A stretch of 55,357 nucleotides of DNA from a virus. Its lineage: Duplodnaviria > Caudoviricetes. Below are positions 37,034-47,101 of this stretch, piece by piece. Under the pieces are notes generated by a model. The model saw nothing but the letters and a program-made list of their open reading frames with translations, had not been told where the DNA came from and searched no databases. How positions within the stretch are numbered: position 1 is the stretch's first letter; every line of letters starts with the position of its first letter. Location: positions 1-55,357 of the IMG/VR virus record IMGVR_UViG_3300010401_000009. The stretch is one strand, 5' to 3'. Position numbers and translations under genes: made by a program.

Positions 37034-37638
37034 GGCGATCCCTCGCGCGACGCCAGCATCTCCTCGTAGGTCTCGACGCGCAGTGCCCAGGTCTTGCGCT
37101 TGCCCGCAGCGCCGCGCTTGCTCCAGCTCCAGAGCTCCAGCCGTCCCCCGGCGTCAATCCACGCCTTGGCGCGCGGCTCGGCCAGGATCTTCGCTCGCCG
37201 CGCAGCATGCACTCCACCCTGCCCACCTGTAGCCTGGATCGCGAGGATCCCGCCTGGCTCCGGCCAGCCGTTGCCGTCCCGATCGAATGGCGGGACGATA
37301 ACCACGAGGTCGATCACGCCGAACAGGTCGATCTTCGTCCCCTGCGGACGCGGGAAAGGGATGTGCCGCTCGACGACTCCCGCGATCCACCCGCGTCTCT
37401 TGCACTCCGCGAGCGTTCGCGCCGTTGGCGATGTCGACTTCTTGCGCTTCTTCGTGGGCGCGGCTTCCTCGGCCTCTGGCGCGTCGTCCGGGATCACGAG
37501 CGCATCGGGGTATCGGCGTAGCTCGTCTTCGAGCACCGCCAACTCGGCCTCAATGCCGTTCTCGCGGATGTTCGCGAGCCCGGCGCCGATGCTCGACTTC
37601 GCGATTAGATCGTCGAGGTTTGCCGTCTGCGAGTTCAT
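37030..37638 (-). CDS. PD-(D/E)xK-type nuclease / resolvase-like phage protein
   Basis: SPTARTL...GWIAGVVE...DLFGVIDLV...ILAIQAT...GGRLELWSW pattern. Confidence 0.65.
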   Translation of the reverse strand: MNSQTANLDDLIAKSSIGAGLANIRENGIEAELAVLEDELRRYPDALVIPDDAPEAEEAAPTKKRKKSTSPTARTLAECKRRGWIAGVVERHIPFPRPQGTKIDLFGVIDLVVIVPPFDRDGNGWPEPGGILAIQATGGQGGVHAARRAKILAEPRAKAWIDAGGRLELWSWSKRGAAGKRKTWALRVETYEEMLASREGSP

Positions 37639-38334
37639 CGGTGCCACCGTGCTCCCCTGAACGCTTCGTCAACGCGGCGGCGCCACTCCGAGCGGGGGAA
37701 CGATCGCGCGTACAAGAACGCGATCAACTCGCCCTGGCTCATGCCGCCGCGGCAGCCCCCGGTGACGAGCGCTTCCTGCGCCCCGTACAACTCGCAGTAG
37801 ACCTCGTAGGCCGCCATCGTTACAACCTGCGGGACGTGACCGCCGCGATGGCAGCATTCGGTCTGCACAGGGTGAGTTGCGACTTCGCTCATCGGTCACA
37901 TCCCGTGCTCACCATGTCGGCGATCATCGCCTTCGTGTCCGCCTCGAGGTCTCCGATCGACGCGACCTTCCGCATGGTCTCGACGTGCCGAGCCGCACCC
38001 CGCGCGGCGCCTACGGCCCCGAGGCCGGAGACCAGACCGCGATCGAACGCGACCGCGAACAGCACCCGCTCTCCCGACGTCACGGCAGCACGACGCCCTT
38101 GGCGAGGAGCAAGCCGACGTCACGCCGCGTCGCCGCATCCTCACTCGATCTCCCGCGATCGTGGTCGTCCCATCCGATGCCGCGCACGCCCGTGGATATG
38201 CTGACGGTCAGCGCGGCAGCTGTGCGCTGCACCCGGGGCTCGTAGCTCATCGGGTCCGCGTCGTGCTCGGTTGGTCGCTTTGCCAGCTGTGCGCGAGCGA
38301 TCGCGACCAGCATTGTTCGTTTGGCTGCGGTCAT
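37635..38334 (-). other. Three small coupled hypothetical genes (37635-37892, 37889-38083, 38080-38334)
   Basis: 4-nt overlaps. Confidence 0.55.
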
Positions 38335-38618
38335 CGCCGCCCTCGTTCCTCGGTGCACAGCTCGGCGGCGAACCTGAGCGCAACGGCGGCAACCTGGATC
38401 GCCTCCCTGCGCATCGCGTTCAAGTCGCGGTGTTTCTGCTTGGTGAACACGTGATCCTTGAGCTCCTTCACCTCCTCGAGGAGAACTCCGAGACCCTCGT
38501 GTGCGCTGTTGAACGTCGGCCACTCATCGCGGGCGTTGTGGGCCTCGGTCGCGGCGTCGTTGATGGCACGGCCGATGTCGCCGGCCGGCGCGGGTTTCGG
38601 CGATGTGCAGACGCTCAT
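38331..38618 (-). CDS. MazG-like all-alpha NTP pyrophosphohydrolase
   Basis: HEGLGVLLEEVKEL...REAIQVAAVALRF. Confidence 0.65.
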   Translation of the reverse strand: MSVCTSPKPAPAGDIGRAINDAATEAHNARDEWPTFNSAHEGLGVLLEEVKELKDHVFTKQKHRDLNAMRREAIQVAAVALRFAAELCTEERGRR

Positions 38619-39311
38619 CCTGCCCTCCACGCGCGGCTTCTGGTGGTCTTGCCGGCCTTCGCGGCACCGCGCTTGAGCCGCGCCAGTTCTTCGAGCGCCT
38701 GTTCGTGCGTGATGGTCCCGGCCGTCATGCGCGCGATGAGGTCGCGCCGCACGTCCATCGAATCGGCGATCTCGCCACGCTCCTCCGCGACCGCGACTGC
38801 GGCGAATTTGCGCCGGGCGGTCTCGCGATCGCTCATCGTCCCGCCTCCCGCTTGAGCACGCGGTGCAGCCGCGCGAGGTGCGTTGCGACGACCGGACGAC
38901 GCGAAGGCGGGACGTCCGGGCAGTCGATCTCGCGGCACTGCTCGCCCGGCGCCGACCCACAGGTCCCGCAGATGGCGGATTGCTCGCGAGCGCTCACTCG
39001 TCGTCTCCGTCGTCGGTGTCATCGTCGGTGCGCTTGGCGACCTTCACCTTGCAGCTGCCCAGCGTCTCCTTGCGGAAGATCTTCTTCAGCTTACCGTCGC
39101 TGGTCTCGTACTCGTAGAACGCGATGCCGTGCTCGACGAGAAGATCCTGCGCGATCTTCTTCGCACCGACCACGGCCTGCGCCGCGCGTGTCGCCTTGCC
39201 CTTCGCCTTCTCGAGCGCGTCGGTCGCATCGTCGAGCGCCTTGATCGGCTTCTGGGGCTCCGGTTCGTTGTCGCCACGCGTGTGGGGTAGTTCTGCCTGT
39301 CGCTTCGCCAT
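38615..39311 (-). other. Small hypothetical genes (38615-38836, ~38833-38997, 38994-39311)
   Basis: Coupled ORFs; GAGGA RBS before 39311. Confidence 0.55.
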
Positions 39312-39351
39312 GCTGTCCTCGTTTCGTAGTCGTGTTTGGGTTGGTGGTGAT

Positions 39352-40128
39352 TCACTTCGTCGTCGGTCGTCGTCGCAGAGACTCTCCGGTCATGCTGACC
39401 CACCTGCCGCACTCATGCAGACGGTCGGCGATGCGCTCGCCGTATCGCTCGCGGAACGGGTGTCTTGGCTTGCAGCCGGGCTCCGATGCCGGCTCGTTGG
39501 CAAGCACGTTTGTCGTGATCACGAGCGGTCGCATCGCTCCGTAGAACACGTCAACGAGCTCGTCGAGGTCGACCAAGAACGAGCCCTTCGGGTCTGCGTA
39601 CTCTGCCCCGAGGTCGTCGAGCACGAGCGGGCCTGCGAAAAGCTGCTCGCGCTCGGCGCGATCGTAGCGGGATGTCGCCAGCAGGCTCGCCGCGCGGACG
39701 AAGCGCCATGGCTCGGGCCGCGCCGCTGCTAGCCAGGTCGCGGCCACAGTCTTTCCGACGCCCTTCGGCCCGCTGATCACGACGATTCCGATCGCCGACG
39801 CGCGCATGCGCTCGTACCAAGTGATTCCCGCCGGTGGCATCGCTCCGGCCCGCAGAGCGGCGATCGCGCGCGCCGGGAATCCGCGCTCGGCGAGCGCGCC
39901 GAGCCGCTCCGATCGCTGGTCTCCGCCCTCGGGTGAGGCGGCTCGCGCGGCCGCGATCTTCGCGTCGTGCTCCGCCCATTCCTCGTCGGTCATGCTCGCG
40001 ACGCCCGGCATGAGCTCGGCAACGAGCTCGGCCGCCGACTTCTCGGCGCGCGCCCGGTCGTCGTCGCGTTCGGTCGCTTGCCGATGGTCGTCGTCTGGTT
40101 CGTCGGGCACGAGCTTCAGGTTCGTCAT
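39352..40128 (-). CDS. DnaC/IstB-like ATPase (helicase loader)
   Basis: SGPKGVGKT Walker A, LVLDDLGAE Walker B, VITTN, YGERIADRL and GESLR motifs. Confidence 0.88.
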   Translation of the reverse strand: MTNLKLVPDEPDDDHRQATERDDDRARAEKSAAELVAELMPGVASMTDEEWAEHDAKIAAARAASPEGGDQRSERLGALAERGFPARAIAALRAGAMPPAGITWYERMRASAIGIVVISGPKGVGKTVAATWLAAARPEPWRFVRAASLLATSRYDRAEREQLFAGPLVLDDLGAEYADPKGSFLVDLDELVDVFYGAMRPLVITTNVLANEPASEPGCKPRHPFRERYGERIADRLHECGRWVSMTGESLRRRPTTK

Positions 40129-41366
40129 GGGATTTCGATCACTCCGTCGGGATATAGGCTTGGGTCGCTGGGCTGGACGGCGCCAACCCGAATGTCTCGT
40201 TTCGCCTGCGCGCGCTCCGCGCTGCTCCGCGGACCTGCGCGCGGTCGCATCGCTGCCGCGCCTTCCGGGGTCTGAGCGGCGAGCCGGGCGAAGTTGCCGC
40301 CGGCGAAGATCGCGCCGGTTAGGAACTGGACGCGCCCCTTGTCGGAGATCGCCTCGATTTCAGCCATTGCGACGGCGTGGCGGGCCTGAACGGCTACCGC
40401 CTCGAGCTCAGCGCGCGTCGTCGCGATCGCGAGCTGGCCGGACAGGTCGCTGTCCAGACCGCGGTCGAACGGTACGCAGGGGTGCAGCGCGATGCCGTAA
40501 TTTTTGCCGACGCGGGCTCGCGCCGCGTTGATCTCGCCGCGGATCTCGTCGCGGACCGCTCGCCGGTCGTCGGCTGTCGGGACGGTCTGGCGTCGAGGTC
40601 GCTCGCTCGAAAGTTCGCCAGTCGACGGCCTCTGGCCAGCGCGATCCGGGGTCGGGATGGCCTGCGGATCTGCGACGTTGCCGGCCGCCGAGCTAGCGCC
40701 CTGGCCGGGCGTGTCCGCCCCCTGCTGCGTTGCGTGGGGCCCGGGTTGTCCGCTACCGGGCTGGCGGCCGTCGACTGGCTTATGCGGTAGTACCGGCTGC
40801 CGTACCGGTACTGCTGGATCGCGCGCGGGAGAGAGTTTCTGATCTTCAGGATCTGGGATCTGGGATCTGGGATCTGGGATCTCGCTGGACGCGCCTGGAG
40901 TGCGGGCTGGATGACCACCGATCGACGGCTGGTCGTTTGTTTGATTGCTTACGAAACGACCTCCTTGACCGCGCCCTTGGCGACCGGCGCGCTCCGCTGC
41001 CGACCGTCCGCCGGCCGGTGAACCGGCACGAGCGGCGCGGAGACGGCTGACCGTCTTGTGGGTGCCGCGAAGGTATATCGTACCGTCTGGTCGTGTCTCA
41101 CCCATGGCCAGAGCATCGCACCCGTCGCCAAGGATCCCTTCGAGGCCTCTTGGTCCAAGGAACCTGCGCACGACCGCAGCCGGCACGCAGTACCCGTCCG
41201 CATCATCCGGGGCGTCCTCGAGCCCCCTGTCGCTGCACCAGCTCCACAGCGAGAAGTAGCGACCCAGTGCCTCGAAGACGTTGTAGCCGCAGAAATCAGC
41301 GGTGAAGCTGACCCGCTCCTCCTTGCGGAGGTCGGTCTCCATCGCGACGAACGGCGCTCCCGCCAT
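40125..41366 (-). CDS. Replication initiator / replisome organiser
   Basis: Directly upstream of the DnaC-like gene; EALGRYFSLWSWC N-terminal pattern; low-complexity middle with tandem repeats. Confidence 0.7.
   Translation of the reverse strand: MAGAPFVAMETDLRKEERVSFTADFCGYNVFEALGRYFSLWSWCSDRGLEDAPDDADGYCVPAAVVRRFLGPRGLEGILGDGCDALAMGETRPDGTIYLRGTHKTVSRLRAARAGSPAGGRSAAERAGRQGRGQGGRFVSNQTNDQPSIGGHPARTPGASSEIPDPRSQIPDPEDQKLSPARDPAVPVRQPVLPHKPVDGRQPGSGQPGPHATQQGADTPGQGASSAAGNVADPQAIPTPDRAGQRPSTGELSSERPRRQTVPTADDRRAVRDEIRGEINAARARVGKNYGIALHPCVPFDRGLDSDLSGQLAIATTRAELEAVAVQARHAVAMAEIEAISDKGRVQFLTGAIFAGGNFARLAAQTPEGAAAMRPRAGPRSSAERAQAKRDIRVGAVQPSDPSLYPDGVIEIP
40849..40882. repeat. Tandem 7-bp repeat (GGATCTG) x ~4.9 inside the initiator gene
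   Basis: ggatctg ggatctg ggatctg ggatctg ggatct, read directly. Confidence 0.9.
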
Positions 41367-41909
41367 CTACGCCGCCTCCTGCACGCGGTGGGCGGGCACC
41401 CACATGGCTCCGGTCCACAGCGCGCCGCGCGGCCTGGCGCGCTCGCCGCGCTCCCATCGCACGCGATCGACGATCTCTGTACCCGGATCGTAGAGGCCTG
41501 GCAGCCACCGGAGCGCGCGGTTTCCGGTTGTGCTCTCGCGGCCCGGAACGACCGCGACGGGAGTCCATCCCGCTGCGAGGTAGCACATGCCCTTTTCGTC
41601 GACGCGCGTGTAGCTGAGTTGCAGAGTCACGCCCGCAGCGGTCATCACGCGCCCAGCGGCGCCGAGCAGCCGGCTCGCGGCGAACCGCGGCGCTGCCGGG
41701 CCGCACGCTAGCCTTACGACATCCCAGCAAGCGCCGTCGTCGAGCTCGGGCGGCGGCGATCCCATAACCACGACCGCGACCAGGTCGTCGACGAACGCAC
41801 CGAGTGCCAACCGCTCGCCTACCGTGCTTCGCTTGTGGTGGCTGTGCCACGCGGCGATCGCCGCGCGCTGAACCTTGCGTGTGATCGGGCGAATCACAAG
41901 CCGGGCCAT
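41367..41909 (-). CDS. Mom-like / XF1762-type GNAT-fold DNA-modification protein
   Basis: IAAWHSHH, DVVRLA, ASRLLGAA, SYTRVDEKGMCYLAAGW pattern. Confidence 0.7.
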   Translation of the reverse strand: MARLVIRPITRKVQRAAIAAWHSHHKRSTVGERLALGAFVDDLVAVVVMGSPPPELDDGACWDVVRLACGPAAPRFAASRLLGAAGRVMTAAGVTLQLSYTRVDEKGMCYLAAGWTPVAVVPGRESTTGNRALRWLPGLYDPGTEIVDRVRWERGERARPRGALWTGAMWVPAHRVQEAA

Positions 41910-42547
41910 CAGCCGGCCTCCGCTAGGTCGACCTGGTTTCGGCGCGGCACGGTGGCCGCGAGGTCAACAAGCCAGCGGGCGAGCGCAGGCGGGGTTCGGC
42001 GGCGCTGCTGCGCGCTGCAAACCTTGATGCCTGGCGGGACGATCCCGCCGCTGCCTTTGCGATCGTGAAGGCGCCCACCGGACACCCAGTGCGTCGGGAC
42101 CTTCCCTGGGAACGGTGGATGGATGCGAGGTCGCAAGATGCCGACGAGGTAAAGCCACGTCCGCTTGCGTGCCGGGTGTCCCCATTCAACCTGACATATC
42201 TCGATGGAGATGCCTCCGAAACGGTCAATAGTGAACGTATACGGGGACAGGAAAGGCTTCGCGCACCCACAATGGTCGAACAGCCTGGAGCCGGCTGGCT
42301 GCTCAAGCACACCGCCCCATCGGCGCACCTGCTCGACAGCGATCGGTCCGCAGTCGGCGTCGTTCCGCCTCTCCCGGTTCGGGACGTGAAGGTGGCGAAG
42401 GTTGCCCCACGGCCCACACGGCGGATGCGCGACCACGGGGTGAGGCCCAGCGTACGTGCGGGCGTCGCGCTCGAGGTCCCACGGGTCAACGTCTGGCATC
42501 GAGAAGTACGGCCCTCCGCGCTCGACGTACAGCGCCGCGACCGTCAC
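41909..42547 (-). CDS. Cytosine-C5 methyltransferase-like protein (short phage type)
   Basis: VAALYV, RDARTY, VVAHPPC, VLEQP, WGHPARKRTWLY and RRRTP motifs; lacks FxGxG. Confidence 0.7.
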   Translation of the reverse strand: MTVAALYVERGGPYFSMPDVDPWDLERDARTYAGPHPVVAHPPCGPWGNLRHLHVPNRERRNDADCGPIAVEQVRRWGGVLEQPAGSRLFDHCGCAKPFLSPYTFTIDRFGGISIEICQVEWGHPARKRTWLYLVGILRPRIHPPFPGKVPTHWVSGGRLHDRKGSGGIVPPGIKVCSAQQRRRTPPALARWLVDLAATVPRRNQVDLAEAG

Positions 42548-42741
42548 CAGTGCTCCTCGACGGCGATGTCAACGGCGGCGGCATTCGCGCGGCGCGCGTG
42601 GTTGGCGCCGCCGATCTTGGCTCCCGGCTCGTACCAGGTCCACGGCCCTGTTTTCCCGCACCAGCATGACCAGCGGTACCTCGTGCCTTGTCCGTGACCG
42701 TGGACAACCGGCTTCGCCTGGATCGTCACGTCGTGCGTCAC
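42544..42741 (-). CDS. Small hypothetical protein
   Basis: Coupled 65-aa ORF with WSCWCG...H motif. Confidence 0.55.
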   Translation of the reverse strand: MTHDVTIQAKPVVHGHGQGTRYRWSCWCGKTGPWTWYEPGAKIGGANHARRANAAAVDIAVEEHW

Positions 42742-42964
42742 AGCGGCCTCGGGTGGTACTTGAAATTGCTCGAGACGTGGCCCGCGATCCCGCAGAGCCT
42801 GCAGGTCGGCCGCTTGCGAGGCTTGTCGCCGTGGCCGCGCGGGCGTGTCTCGTCGGGGTCATCCGAGCTCGGCGGCGCGTATCCGGCCACCACGACCGCG
42901 CCGAGTTCGCCCTTACGTGTCGGCGTGGTGATCGTCGCGCTGAGCGACGGCGTGGGGAGGCCGA

Positions 42965-43243
42965 TCACGCCTGCCTCTGGATAATCGGACGGCTCACGGT
43001 ACGCGGCCTTCCCGTGGGGGCCGGGATGTGGATCTTCGGGACGCGCCCGAAGAACCGGTGCAGCGGCAACCGAAGACCCTTCGTGATGACGCTCTCCAGG
43101 ACGAACCACCGGACGGTTTCGGAGCCGCATTCCAGCTTCGTGAGCGTGGGCTGGGTGATGAGCTGACCGGTCCGCTTGGCAACTTCCTGTAGTGTCAGCT
43201 TGAGGTGCGTACGCCAGGTGTAGAGACGCGTGCCAAGGTCCAT
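42965..43243 (-). CDS. XRE-family HTH regulator (Cro/CI-like)
   Basis: LGTRLYTWRTHLKLTLQEVAKRTGQLITQPTLTKLECG. Confidence 0.85.
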   Translation of the reverse strand: MDLGTRLYTWRTHLKLTLQEVAKRTGQLITQPTLTKLECGSETVRWFVLESVITKGLRLPLHRFFGRVPKIHIPAPTGRPRTVSRPIIQRQA

Positions 43244-43362
43244 TCGCGATTATTCCTACGCCGATCATGCAGGCGTCAAGGCTTTCAATCCGGAACGAGC
43301 GAGATCGATCTATGGAATAATGCGCTTGACTTTTTCGCGCGGGCCCCGCGATAAGGGAAACC
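43244..43362. promoter_or_regulatory. Divergent sigma70-like promoter region with inverted ATTATTCC/GGAATAAT boxes
   Basis: Minus strand TTGACG...GGAATAAT just before ATG 43243; plus strand TTGACT...GATAAG before ATG 43363; 8-bp inverted boxes at 43249-43256 and 43314-43321. Confidence 0.6.
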
Positions 43363-43872
43363 ATGGCTGACGAACCAGGTCTCGTGGTGCAACTACAAAG
43401 GCGCGTGGCCGACTGGGTGACGCGCGTTGCGCCGCGCATCCGCGACGAACAAGCGCTTGCCAAGCTCGAGATCACGCTCCGGCAACCGCAGGCCGATGAC
43501 GACGGCACGCTCTACCTGGACTTCGAGGTCGTCGAGACCACGGTACCGTCGAGCGGTGGAGGTCGCGTCGCCGGCGTACCGTTCGATGCATCCGACATCA
43601 CCGACGACCAAATCGAGGATCTCGCCGCCGAGTGGCAGGCGAATGGAATGCCAACGCTCGTCGAGGTGGCGCGTGTGGCAGTCGAGTCACCTAACCCGGC
43701 GCGCAAGGCGCACGCGCGACGTCGATGCGCCGACATTCTCGAGCAACGCAATGCAGTCACCGCGTGCACCACGCGTGGCTGTGCTGGTCGATGCGCCACC
43801 GAAGGTCTCGCTGCCGCGGGCTGGATGCAGGTCGCCTCGGGCTGGATATGCACAGGATGCCAGCCGCTGTGA
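43363..43872 (+). CDS. Hypothetical protein containing a third copy of the 70-aa helical domain and a C-terminal Cys motif
   Basis: ITDDQIEDLAAE...G....VEVARVAV...ARRRCADIL; ends CTTRGC...GW...WICTGC. Confidence 0.7.
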   Translation: MADEPGLVVQLQRRVADWVTRVAPRIRDEQALAKLEITLRQPQADDDGTLYLDFEVVETTVPSSGGGRVAGVPFDASDITDDQIEDLAAEWQANGMPTLVEVARVAVESPNPARKAHARRRCADILEQRNAVTACTTRGCAGRCATEGLAAAGWMQVASGWICTGCQPL

Positions 43873-44917
43873 CCGACGCGATCGCCTGCATCGGGATCTC
43901 GCTCGGGATTATCCTCGTGTGCGGGATCTTTCTCGCGCTCGACCGGCCCGGTGCGGTTGCCGCGACCCGCCGCGCGATCACGCGCGACCGTCGCGATCGG
44001 ATCGCCGACATCAGGCCGGCGCTCGCGCGAGGAACGGAGCGATCGTGACGGCGCCGGCAGGATTGACCGTGCTCGGGTCTGGAACGCTGGCCGACGCGGT
44101 TCGGGCAGAGATCGACCGCGATCCCGATCGCTACCGTCCGGAGACATGGAGCATCGACCCCGTCGGTCACTGCCCGTGCTGCGACCAGGACGTGTTCCGC
44201 TGCACGACCCGGCACACCGAATGGCAGGAGGGCTTCGCTACCCATGCGAACGTGGTCCACCAGCGGTGCGAACCCGAGACCGCGTTGCCATCGCCAACTG
44301 GAACAGTGGCGGGCTGCTGCTGCAAGGCGCCGAACTGGGGCCCGAAGCACAAGGACGCGCCGCCGCACAAGCCAGCGCGTAGAAAGCGAGCGCGCTGATG
44401 ACGCTCCGTCTGCGCTTCTGGCTGACCGTTCTCGACATCGCGCACACGCTTCGTCTGCCGCGATCGTGGTATCTCTGGATCGTCGGCAAGGCGAGCGACG
44501 CTACCGACTGGGGACCGCCGGTTGACGCCGCGGGTGGGGATCCATTCTGATGTGGTCGTCGCGCTGCGCCAAATGCCGCGCCGATGACCGTTCCGTAGCG
44601 CTGATGTCGATCCAGTCGCTCACCGGATCGCCGATCGACGCCGCTGTGCTGCAGGTCGAGATCGCAACACTCGCCTGCGATGGCGCGAAGTGAGGAAACG
44701 AATGACTACCACCGAGGAGCGCGATCGAGCGCGCACAGAACGGGACCGCGCTCGTGACACGCTCGCGAAGATCCGCGGCATCATGGTGGCGCACGCGAAG
44801 GGGGTGCTCGACGACGAGCGCGCACTCGCCCATGTCGCCAGTATTCTCCACGTTGGAGACGGTAACCGCCGCCGTGGCGTTCGTGCGGCACGGCGAGAAC
44901 AGCGAGCAACGCCGTGA
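43869..44917 (+). other. Small coupled early genes (43869-44048, 44045-44398, short ORFs, 44690-44917)
   Basis: GTGA/ATGA overlaps on the plus strand. Confidence 0.5.
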
Positions 44918-45891
44918 GCGACACGCCGACAATCGCTCTGCCCGTCGACCAGCAGCGCGAAGAGTCCATGCTCGGCGCCAGTGAGTCTGGCGCCGTGCTT
45001 GGGCTCGACAAGTACAGCTCGCCGATGACGATCTGGCGCAGGCATCGCGGCCTTACCAGCGGCGACAAGGATAACGAGGCCGCGCTTTGGGGACAGGTCC
45101 TCGAGCCTGTGGTGCGCGGTCGCTACGCGATCGATCGCCAGGTTCGGGTGTGGGTACCGTCGCGCTCGTACATGATGCAGGGGTGGCTACGGGCAACCCC
45201 TGACGGTCTCGTGCAGGAGCGCGACATGTTCGGCGATGCTCCTGCTGGAGTATTCGAGTTCGATCCCCGGGAACCTGATGAGGTCGGCGACGGTGACGCT
45301 TCGTACCTACGGGATCACATCGCGCGCGGCGATATCGGAGGTCTGTCCGTGAAGACCTGCAGCGCGTACCTCGCAGAAGACTGGATCGGCGGACCGCCTG
45401 CGAAGTACGAGGCGCAGGCGCGCGTTGAGATGGCCGTCGTGGATCTTCCGTGGGTCGACGTCGTGTGCCTGATCGGCGGCCAGAAGCTCGTGGGGCCGTT
45501 CAGGATCGAACGCGACGCCGCAGCTGAGCTAGCGATCCTCACCAGGCTTCGCGACTTCTGGACGATGGTCAAGGACGGCAGAGAGCCGACGGTAGACGAT
45601 AGCTCGGCGTGGCGCCTTCACGTCAGCGAGAAACTCGGCCAGGCCCCCGCCGTCGAGATGGTCGCGACCTCCGAACAGCGGGAGCTCGTGGCGACCTGGC
45701 GCGCGCGCCGTCTCGCCCGCAAGGCGGCAGAGCGCGACGAGGAAGCCATCAAGAACGAGATCCTGCTCCACCTGAGCCTCACCGGCGCGACGAAGATCGA
45801 CGCCGGTGAGCTTGGAAAACCAAGCGCGTACCGCGTCGCCAAGACTGGAACGTGGGCGCTCCGAACCCCGACATTTTGGAGAGACGAATGA
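44914..45891 (+). CDS. YqaJ-like / lambda-exonuclease-family recombination nuclease
   Basis: LGASESGAVLGLDKYSSPMTIW, WGQVLEP, LRATPDG, SVKT and PAKYEAQ motifs. Confidence 0.88.
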   Translation: MSDTPTIALPVDQQREESMLGASESGAVLGLDKYSSPMTIWRRHRGLTSGDKDNEAALWGQVLEPVVRGRYAIDRQVRVWVPSRSYMMQGWLRATPDGLVQERDMFGDAPAGVFEFDPREPDEVGDGDASYLRDHIARGDIGGLSVKTCSAYLAEDWIGGPPAKYEAQARVEMAVVDLPWVDVVCLIGGQKLVGPFRIERDAAAELAILTRLRDFWTMVKDGREPTVDDSSAWRLHVSEKLGQAPAVEMVATSEQRELVATWRARRLARKAAERDEEAIKNEILLHLSLTGATKIDAGELGKPSAYRVAKTGTWALRTPTFWRDE

Positions 45892-46862
45892 GCACCGACC
45901 GAAGAGAACCGCAGCGCAGCGCCTCCAAGCTTGGATACGACCAGGCTGGGCAACGCATGCAGGACCAGGCGCAACGCGACCCGATGGCGCTCGCTCGCCG
46001 GCAGGTCAAGGAGCACGAGGACTACCTGAAGTCCGCGATGCCGAAGATCGAGCGGTGGGTGACCGGAGGAGTTGATGCGCGCGCGCTGGTCAGGTTCGCA
46101 ATCCTCGACCTGAGCGCCCCTGGGTACGCCGGCGACAAGCTCCGCGAGTGCTCGCCGGCAAGCATCCTGATGGGGCTGCTCGCCTGCGCGGTGGCCGGCC
46201 TCGAGCCGGGCGCGTTGAAGGGCGAGGCGTATCTGGTCCCCTTCGCCAAGAAGGCGCAATACATGGCCGGCTGGAAGGGGTACGTGAAGCAGGCGCGCAG
46301 ATCGTTCGAGGTTAGAACCGTGTCGCCACAGGTGGTGTTCTCGAACGACACGTTCGACCTCGACCTCGGCGGTGGCATGCCACCGGTTCACAAGCCGATG
46401 TTGCTCGGACCGCGCGGCGAGATCATAGGTGCGTACGCGGTAGCGAAGCTCGTAGGGTCGCGCGATAGCATCGTGAGCTACGAGGTCGAGTGGATGGACA
46501 AGGAGGATCTCGATGCCGTTCGCCGGAGCGCCAAGCGTGGCGACAAGGAGAGCGACGCGTGGAAGCTGTGGGAGGACCAGATGTACCGCAAGGCCCCGGT
46601 GCGACGGATCGCGAAGCGGCTGCCGATGGGCCACGACTACTACCGCGGCCTGTCGATCGAGCAGGCGCAGGAGGAAGGCAAGAGCGCAGCCGACGTGATC
46701 GACGTGTTCACCGACGGCGAGGGATCGCGTGTCGAGGACGGTGCAGATCGCGCAGCATCGATGCGTGCGCAGGTGAGTGGTGATCCGACGGCCGATGAAC
46801 AGGCTGAGATCGCGCGCGCTGAGCGGGAAGAGGCCGAACGCCAGAAGTCTAACAACGCGTGA
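45888..46862 (+). CDS. recT: RecT-family single-strand annealing protein
   Basis: LRECSPASIL, GLEPG..GEAYLVPF, GWKGY, IIGAYAVAKL, W...EDQMYRKAPVRRIAKRLP. Confidence 0.9.
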   Translation: MSTDRREPQRSASKLGYDQAGQRMQDQAQRDPMALARRQVKEHEDYLKSAMPKIERWVTGGVDARALVRFAILDLSAPGYAGDKLRECSPASILMGLLACAVAGLEPGALKGEAYLVPFAKKAQYMAGWKGYVKQARRSFEVRTVSPQVVFSNDTFDLDLGGGMPPVHKPMLLGPRGEIIGAYAVAKLVGSRDSIVSYEVEWMDKEDLDAVRRSAKRGDKESDAWKLWEDQMYRKAPVRRIAKRLPMGHDYYRGLSIEQAQEEGKSAADVIDVFTDGEGSRVEDGADRAASMRAQVSGDPTADEQAEIARAEREEAERQKSNNA

Positions 46863-47089
46863 GCACGCTCGAGCACGCGTGGGGTCATGGGCAGTTCGAC
46901 TCGCTCGAGCTCGGCAACGGCGCTCGCATCGACATCCAGGTCAGCAAGGATGGGCGCGTGATTGCCGTGCTGACCGGCGTCGAGATCGGCGTACCGATCG
47001 ACATCACGCCGGCGGCGTGCCCGCTCGGATGCGGCCTGCACGAGGCGAGCGCTCGTGCAGCGCAGATTCGCCACAGGGGCGGACGATGA
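46859..47089 (+). CDS. Small hypothetical protein
   Basis: GTGA-coupled to recT. Confidence 0.5.
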   Translation: MSTLEHAWGHGQFDSLELGNGARIDIQVSKDGRVIAVLTGVEIGVPIDITPAACPLGCGLHEASARAAQIRHRGGR

Positions 47090-47101
47090 TCGGCGTCTGT
47101 G

